From the human T2T-CHM13v2.0 reference genome, Homo sapiens: DNA of 64,000 nt. A program made the position numbers and the translations under genes. The notes under the pieces were generated by a model. That model had not been told where the DNA came from. It made no database searches and saw nothing but the letters and a program-made list of their open reading frames with translations. Positions within the stretch are counted from its first letter, which is position 1. Every line of letters starts with the position of its first letter. Where the stretch lies: assembly GCF_009914755.1 (NCBI RefSeq), contig NC_060928.1. The stretch is one strand, 5' to 3'. Below, piece after piece: positions 57,251 through 64,000 of the stretch.

Positions 57251-58304
57251 CTCTCTGCAAGCCTCTTTCTCAGTTAAACAGAGAAATTAGGCCAGGGATG
57301 TCAAAATAAAATGTGAAGACCACAGCTCTCGCATCATCACCTCTGCTGGTGAAAGGCATTGCTAATTGATCACAGCATTCTGCCCCGTAGAGTCTGGACA
57401 AGGCTTCATAACCCTCTTGGAGACTGTGCTGTGGTTGGTGAGAGCTACTTCGGACTCCATGAGACAGACATGTTTGGCCACACCAGAGCAGGAAAACCGA
57501 ATCCTGGGACACTTTTAGAACACTAAATTGGAAGCACTAAAACCCAGTAATGGAAACCAGGAATTAAAGTCTCAGGCTACCAACTGATGGGGGAAAAAAT
57601 CCTAGTGCTGGCCCCTCTTCTCCTTCTAAATTCATTTCCCTGACTCACAGCCTTCCAGATCTTGGAGTGAAGTCAAAGAAAAGAAAGCCATTTCTACTGC
57701 CATTCTACCTTTGGTATATAGGCCAATGGTCTCTTCATCACTTAAAAAAAAACTTCGTGTTTCAAAAGACATGCTTCAGTGACTCAATTTTGTCCAAGGC
57801 AAACTTTATATTAAATACTTCCTGATCAGCAGCAGGAACTCCATTAAAACCAAATAAAAAGAAACACATTTTAAGGATCAAAGAAGATGAAACATTACAG
57901 AAATGCCACCATGATATTCAAAGGTCCAGTAGTTCTACATTGTGAGTCCTCAATTCTTTACAATAGTTCTAGAAAAAGTAATTGTTTAATCATGATGAAG
58001 ACATGGCTATAAGTAATATTAATTAATTTGCCTTGGGCCTACATTTAATTCTTCTACCATACTGAGAAGGGGATTATTATGCATAGTAATGGATAATCTT
58101 CAAAGCAATGTTCTAGCATTCCCCCACCCCTTCTCCACCATACCCACACAGGCACTTTCTCTTAACACTATTCCCTGGCCAGCTTCATAAGTTCTCATTC
58201 TAGTCCAGAGCTCAGAACAGAGCTAAGTTCTCCTGGAAGGTAGACACACTTATAATCAGAACTAACATGTATTAAACTCTCAGATGTTCCAGAAAGAGTT
58301 TTGT

Positions 58305-58480
58305 TCATTTAACAAGCACTCATACAGTGCCTTCTAGGTACCAGCTACTTTTTTCTAAGCATTTCACAAATACTAACTCATTTCATCCTCACAACAGACT
58401 TATAACATTTTACAGAAGAACAAAACTAGGCACAGAAAAGGCAAACAACTCGCCTGAGATCACGCAACTAGAAAGTGGCA
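58305..58480 (-). mobile_element. MIR SINE
   Basis: ACTCATTTCATCCTCACAACA...CATTTTACAGAAG. Confidence 0.75.
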
Positions 58481-61459
58481 CAACAATACCAGGAGGAGCA
58501 GGGGTGATAATATAGCATGGTGAAGGTGTAATATTAGGTTTTCATGGCTATCTGCAGATGAACTTAGTAATTTTTAGTTAGCCCAACAAGGTAGGCACTG
58601 TTAATTCTTTCCATTTTAGAGTTAACAAGAACCAAGACTAAAAAGGCTAAGTAACTTGCCCATTACCACACAATTAATATACCCAGTCTCTCAGAGTGCA
58701 GAGCAGGCACCTGTACCCAACAGGCTGTATAGGAGAGACTTCCACCTCTGTTCCTGCTATGGTTTGTTGCAGACATAATTCCCCTGTTTCTGGCTCTGCA
58801 GTGAAGGCTTTCTACCACCACCATCATCACCAATGCTGCTACTGCATTGTTATGTGGCTCTTGAATAAACCATTTCAATCATTCGAGCAACCCAACTTCC
58901 CACCTCCCAGGTCCCACACACAGTTGCCCTCAAGGCAAATCCAGACACAGGAGTCTGTTTGTCTCCCCTCAGGGTGAAGGTTAGTCCTGCAATAGCCAGG
59001 ACTTAGTCATGCTAACTGCCAGGCACTCCTCTGAGCACCTCATCAAACCTGCTCAAATATAATTGTTGTGCCAAGAAACAGACAGCTTCGTATCGCATAA
59101 CCCTTAACCTAAGAATCTGCATTTCTTGAAAGCAAGAAATTTTCTGGCATATACAGCAGGAATAGTTATCTATGGCAGAGTCTGAAACAAATAATGCAGT
59201 TAAGTTTAGCCTTAAATTGAAATTGGGGAGAGAGAATTGCAAAACAACGTGCAATGGAAATACAGTATTAGCTGCTCAGCCATTTAATATATTTACCATT
59301 TGGAGAACAGGGAGTTTCTCTGGAGGTGTTGGTAACCAAAACACTTGGATGTTAAGGAATGGGCATAACGAACAAGCTAGGGGGTTGGGCTACCTTTGAG
59401 ATTCTCTCTCTCTTTTTGATTCACAGAAGTGAAGCAGCAATTCCTGTTCATTTCCTGGCGGCCCACTCCTAGGAGTTGCAAACAAGATGTTTTCTATGGA
59501 TGCTCTTTATCTTTGGAATCCTCTTCCTTCCTGGACTGGAAACTGCAGAATCAAAATCTCTTGGCCTTCCACAAAGCCTTTTCTAAGGTTTGTCTTTTTA
59601 ATTGAGCTTCCACTTAAGGATACTTAAGAATCTCTTTGTTTACTACAGACAACACCATGAAACTTCACCATAAAATGGTGTGGGATCCTCTTTTTTTTCT
59701 GATTTTTGAAGATCCAACTCAAGGCTAACTTTAGCAACCACTCCTTCCTCTTGTACTTTTCTATTAAGAATTTTTTTTTAGACCCTAGAAAAGGTCTTTA
59801 TAATGATTTGCTTAGGACTTAGTTTTGACTCCCAGAGGAGTTTAGCCCTTTCTAAGAGGAATGCACAGACATAAAGTCTGTGGAAGTCAAAGTCCAATGG
59901 TCATGCTAAGCCAAACCTAGGCATCAGTGTAAGTTCCAACTAATCCCATAGGGGAAAAAATGTTTTTAAACATCCAGGACAAATGAGAGGCCATAAATTA
60001 ATTTTACAATATTTTTCATGACTTTAAAAGCTTAGGAAATTTAGCTGCTTTTTCTAAGCTTGTCTTGCACAAAAAAATTGAAATACTGTTTATATGTCCA
60101 TATTTGAGAAACCAAGCTGAGCTAAGATCATTAAACTTTTAGGAAAAAAAGATCATATGAACACAAACTTTCCAAAAGCAACATATTTAGTAATGAACGA
60201 AGTTTATTTCCACTACTGAAATTCATTTTCTTGTGTGTCCCATTGTCCTAGTAAAACTTTAGTGAGGAAATCAACATGAATGTTAAAATAGGGATATGAC
60301 AGTTTGTGATCTAGCTGGCTCTTATTAACTCTTGATTTGCACATTTCCACAGGGGCCACTGCCTGCAAAACCATTCATCCCTTTTTCTAAAACCTGTTTA
60401 TAGCCAGGACGCAGCTTCACGCTCACACCGGTTTGTCATCATACTGCTATTTCCCAGCACCTGTCAAAACCCTGTGATGGGCTTGTAAAGCACAAAGGTC
60501 ACTTGTGGTGATCCAGGAAGGCAGGAAGGCCCCATAATGCTTTCAGATTAGAGTATCCTCTGCACCTTGGCTTCTATACTCCTGCTTCCTGCCTGCCTGC
60601 CTGCCCTTGAAGGCGTCCTGGTGGGACCATGGAACTGGAGGATGCCGGTTCCACAACTCACACACTGTGAAGACTCCAGTTCTTGGATTTTTGATGACCT
60701 CTGGGTCCCTCACTTGCCGACTCCCCACCTCCACCCCTGCTAGCCTTGTGTTTGAAATGACAAGCTGCTGTTTATTTATAGCTCCCTTTCCCACTTTTAA
60801 AAGAAACCAGTGGTTAAAGATGTGCCAGGTGGTGCTGTTGATAAACAACAAGTTCTAATACCAGATTTCCTCCTGGGAATTCAGACCCCATTTATTCTGG
60901 CTGCTGATCGACATGGGAGGAAACTTGGCTGTGGCTTCGAGACATTTTTCCTTTGGTAGCTCATCTCCAACCCCCACAGAGTGACAGAAATTGGCTGTGC
61001 AGGAGTCCCTGGGGCTATTTCTGATAGTGGCCAACATTTACTCTAATGTTACCCAACTTACAAAGTTTCTGAGGCCAGGCCACCTCCTCCCTGAGCACCC
61101 AGTCTTAGGATGGTAACTATGTTACTCCAGGATTCCCCTGGTCATGCCCCTTTATCTGCCATAGCCAAACAAAATCCATCCTTTAGACCTGTTGCACTTT
61201 CCACCAAAACATTTATCTCTGTTCCTGGACATAGTATATGCTCAATAGATATATTTGAAAGTTGAACGAACTCTATCCATCCTTTTCCAGTTTCATTGAT
61301 ATTCCCCCATTCTAGAATTAGTGCCTCAATCCATCAACTGTTTTTCTTATTGCTAAGCTTCATGAGAGACAGTGGGGTGCGCTGGAGCCTGAAGGTCTGA
61401 TCAAGATCATCTTTGCCACTTCTTGATTATGTGGTCCCGGGCCAGCTTCCTTACACATG

Positions 61460-62630
61460 TGAGCAAGTACTAATTGAGTGGTTACAGGTCAAGGACTATG
61501 CAAGACACAGGAGATGGAGAAATGAAAGACAAAGTGCCTTCCCACAAGCTGCAAAGATCCCACAGCCTAGTGGAGAAAGCATAGAAACAACAATTGCTGT
61601 ATAGTGTGGTGGAGGCATGTGATAGAGACGTCATGGATGCACAGTGAAGGGTCTGAGTCCAGCTGTTGGTGGAAGGGGCAGCAGTCAGGGAAGGCTTTCC
61701 AGAGGGAATGTCACAACAGCTAGGTCTAGAGTTATGATTTAGCCATTTGGAGAAGAGGAGAAAGGAATTATCTGGCACACAGCACAAAATATGCAAAGTC
61801 AAGAAATGTCAGGGGGCTCAGTGTCAGTTTGAAAAATCTGGCGCAAAGAGTTCATATGGAAGAATGGTGGGAGACGATGTTGGAATGCGAGGTAAGCAGC
61901 CTGTGTTCTACAACAGAGCATTTGATTTTTACCCCATAGATCATGGGGAGCAAATGAAAGATTTAAAAACAGAAGTAGCCTGATCAGATATGCATTTTAG
62001 AATGCTCACTCTAAGGAACAGAAAGCAGTAAAGGGAGTTAAAATGCATTCATTTAACAAATATTTAGTGACATCTTCTGTGTGCCTGGCACACATTTGGC
62101 AGGCACAGTTTCTGCCAACCAGAGCGTGCAGTCAAGTTTAGAGACAAGAGGAAGACTTGGAGGCCAATATAAGGCAGTGTGAATGAATAGAAGAATATTG
62201 ATTTGAGAAATATTTCGAAGGCAGAATTAATAAGACTCAGTGACAGCTTAGCTGGGTGAGGGGAGAAGGGACAAGCAGAGATCTTGGATGACATCCAGGT
62301 GTCTAATTTGGGCAATTGGGTATCCAATGATGACATCCATACAGTGTTTCTTAACAGAAGTGCCAGTAGCATTTTTGACAGGACAATTCTTGGTGTATGG
62401 GACTCTCTTGTGCATTTTTTAATGTTTGACATCCTTGGCTACAATCCACTTAAATGCCAATAGTATTGCCTGGTCGTTGCAACATCAAAAAAGTCCCCTC
62501 CCATACCCCCACACCCCCACATCCCCAACACACACATTTCCAAATACCTCCTGAGAGCCAGAATACAGAAGGAAGAATGGATTGGGTTTGGGGAGGAGAA
62601 ATTAAACCAGTTTAGGGAGTGTTGAATTTG
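61460..62630 (-). mobile_element. L2 remnant interrupted by a MITE
   Basis: CAGTCAGGGAAGGCTTTCCAGAG, TGATCAGATATGCATTTTAG, GATGACATCCAGGTGTCTAATTTGGGCAATTGGGT. Confidence 0.75.
62342..62555. mobile_element. MER20-like hAT-Charlie MITE
   Basis: CAGTGTTTCTTAAC terminus; GGACAATTCTT...TGTGCATT; AAATGCCAATAGTA. Confidence 0.65.
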
Positions 62631-63504
62631 CAATTCTAATCAAAGCCTTCCATATCTGTGGAGCATCCAGTATGTACCATCACCTTTCCCTGCTTATTAC
62701 CAGCAGGACATAGGCAAGTGGAGATGTCAACTTCCTACTCAAGGGACACTGGTACTGCCCTCACCTACAGACCACAAAATTGGCCCACCTTCCCAGCCAC
62801 CACAGAATTCACCTTCTCCCATCAAAACATATTTTTTAAGCAATTACAATTTTCCTTCTTACTACTTCCTTCTCCACATTCTGACAATACCAACATTCCA
62901 GAAGTTGTCCAGGGCTAAGAAGAGCTGTGGTCCAGCATTGCATCTGACATGCTAGGGAGACGTATCAAGGGCAGGCTCACTCTCAATCTCAGCTTTTTCA
63001 ATCTTCCAACCTAACTTGGTTCCACAGTTCAGCTCGGTTCACCATAAGCTTCTTTCTTCTGATAACCCATTCAAATGCCCTTGAGTTTGTTCTCACTGTT
63101 TCCTTTACAGGTGATCTGATATTCCCCTCTGGCTCTGGTATTAGAGCTATAAGAAAGACATGCTCCCACATCCCACTGCAATCTCTATAGGACTCACTTC
63201 ATTAACTGATGAAGCCAGTGGCGTGAATGTAATCGCCCAGAGCACACGTGTTAGGTAAAATGGTCCAAGGACAGAGCTTTGTGAACACCAACACTGAAGA
63301 AAGGAACAGTGGTTTAGGCACCCACAGAAGATGCAAGAAGCAAGAGGCACAGAGCAGAAGGAAAACCAGGAGGAGCTACAAAGGAAAATACCTCATGAAG
63401 AAAGGACTGATCCAGTATTAAATATGAAAGGAAAGTCAAATACAATAAAAACTAAAAAGAATATTCTAAATTCAACAATGGGGAAGAAATGAGTATCTTT
63501 GGTT

Positions 63505-63910
63505 TACCAGTTGAGATAAATAGATTATGTTGCGTTAACAAATGACCCCACATACTAACAGCTCGTGATATCATAGAGGCTTATTTCTTGCTCTCATTGT
63601 GTGTCCACTATGAATTATTGGCTACTGATCTGTTCAGGTCCTTCTCACTCTAAGATCCAGGCAGAAAGGATAGCCTCCATCTAGAAGGAAAAGATCAAAG
63701 GAGGAATCATGCAATGAATCTTAGAGCTTCTGCTTGGAAATGTGGCAAACATGATTTTACTCACATTTTATTGACCGAGGCAAGTCATATAGCCAAGCCT
63801 GATGTCAAATGAACAAGGATAATCAGAAAGTTGTCTGGTAGAGAGGAGGTGATAAAAAGAAGTTCCACGGGGAGTGACAGAAAACATTTGTGCACAATAA
63901 CACAGTCTCC
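63505..63910 (-). mobile_element. MLT1I/J-like MaLR LTR
   Basis: ATTATGTTGCGTTAACAAATGACCCC; CTCACATTTTATTGACCGAGGCAAGTCATATAGCCAAGCCTGA. Confidence 0.75.
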
Positions 63911-64000
63911 CACACTGGGCAAAAGACATGGTGTATATAAAAAATTACTATGGAAGAAGTAATTCATTATGGCTTTATCCCTAATTTACCCAATGCAGAG

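Overview
Repeat-rich, AT-rich primate genomic DNA. AluY and AluYd-type elements point to human or another ape or catarrhine. It looks intergenic or deep-intronic: I can support no protein-coding exon, RNA gene or processed pseudogene, and the supplied ORFs are Alu/L1/LTR-derived or chance ORFs. The window holds 13 Alus, several L1 fragments, MaLR/ERVL/ERV1 solo LTRs, hAT DNA-transposon relics, many L2/MIR remnants, one CR1/L3 fragment and microsatellites. Family and subfamily names come from recalled consensus motifs, not a database search, and boundaries of old elements are approximate. The most unusual observation is an AluJ (16200-16611) split by about 100 bp that is an inverted copy of neighbouring DNA about 0.93 kb downstream (17481-17578), a fossil templated insertion or template switch. 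Three CpG-retaining segments with transcription-factor motifs are candidate regulatory elements. I found no evidence of a new multi-gene system.
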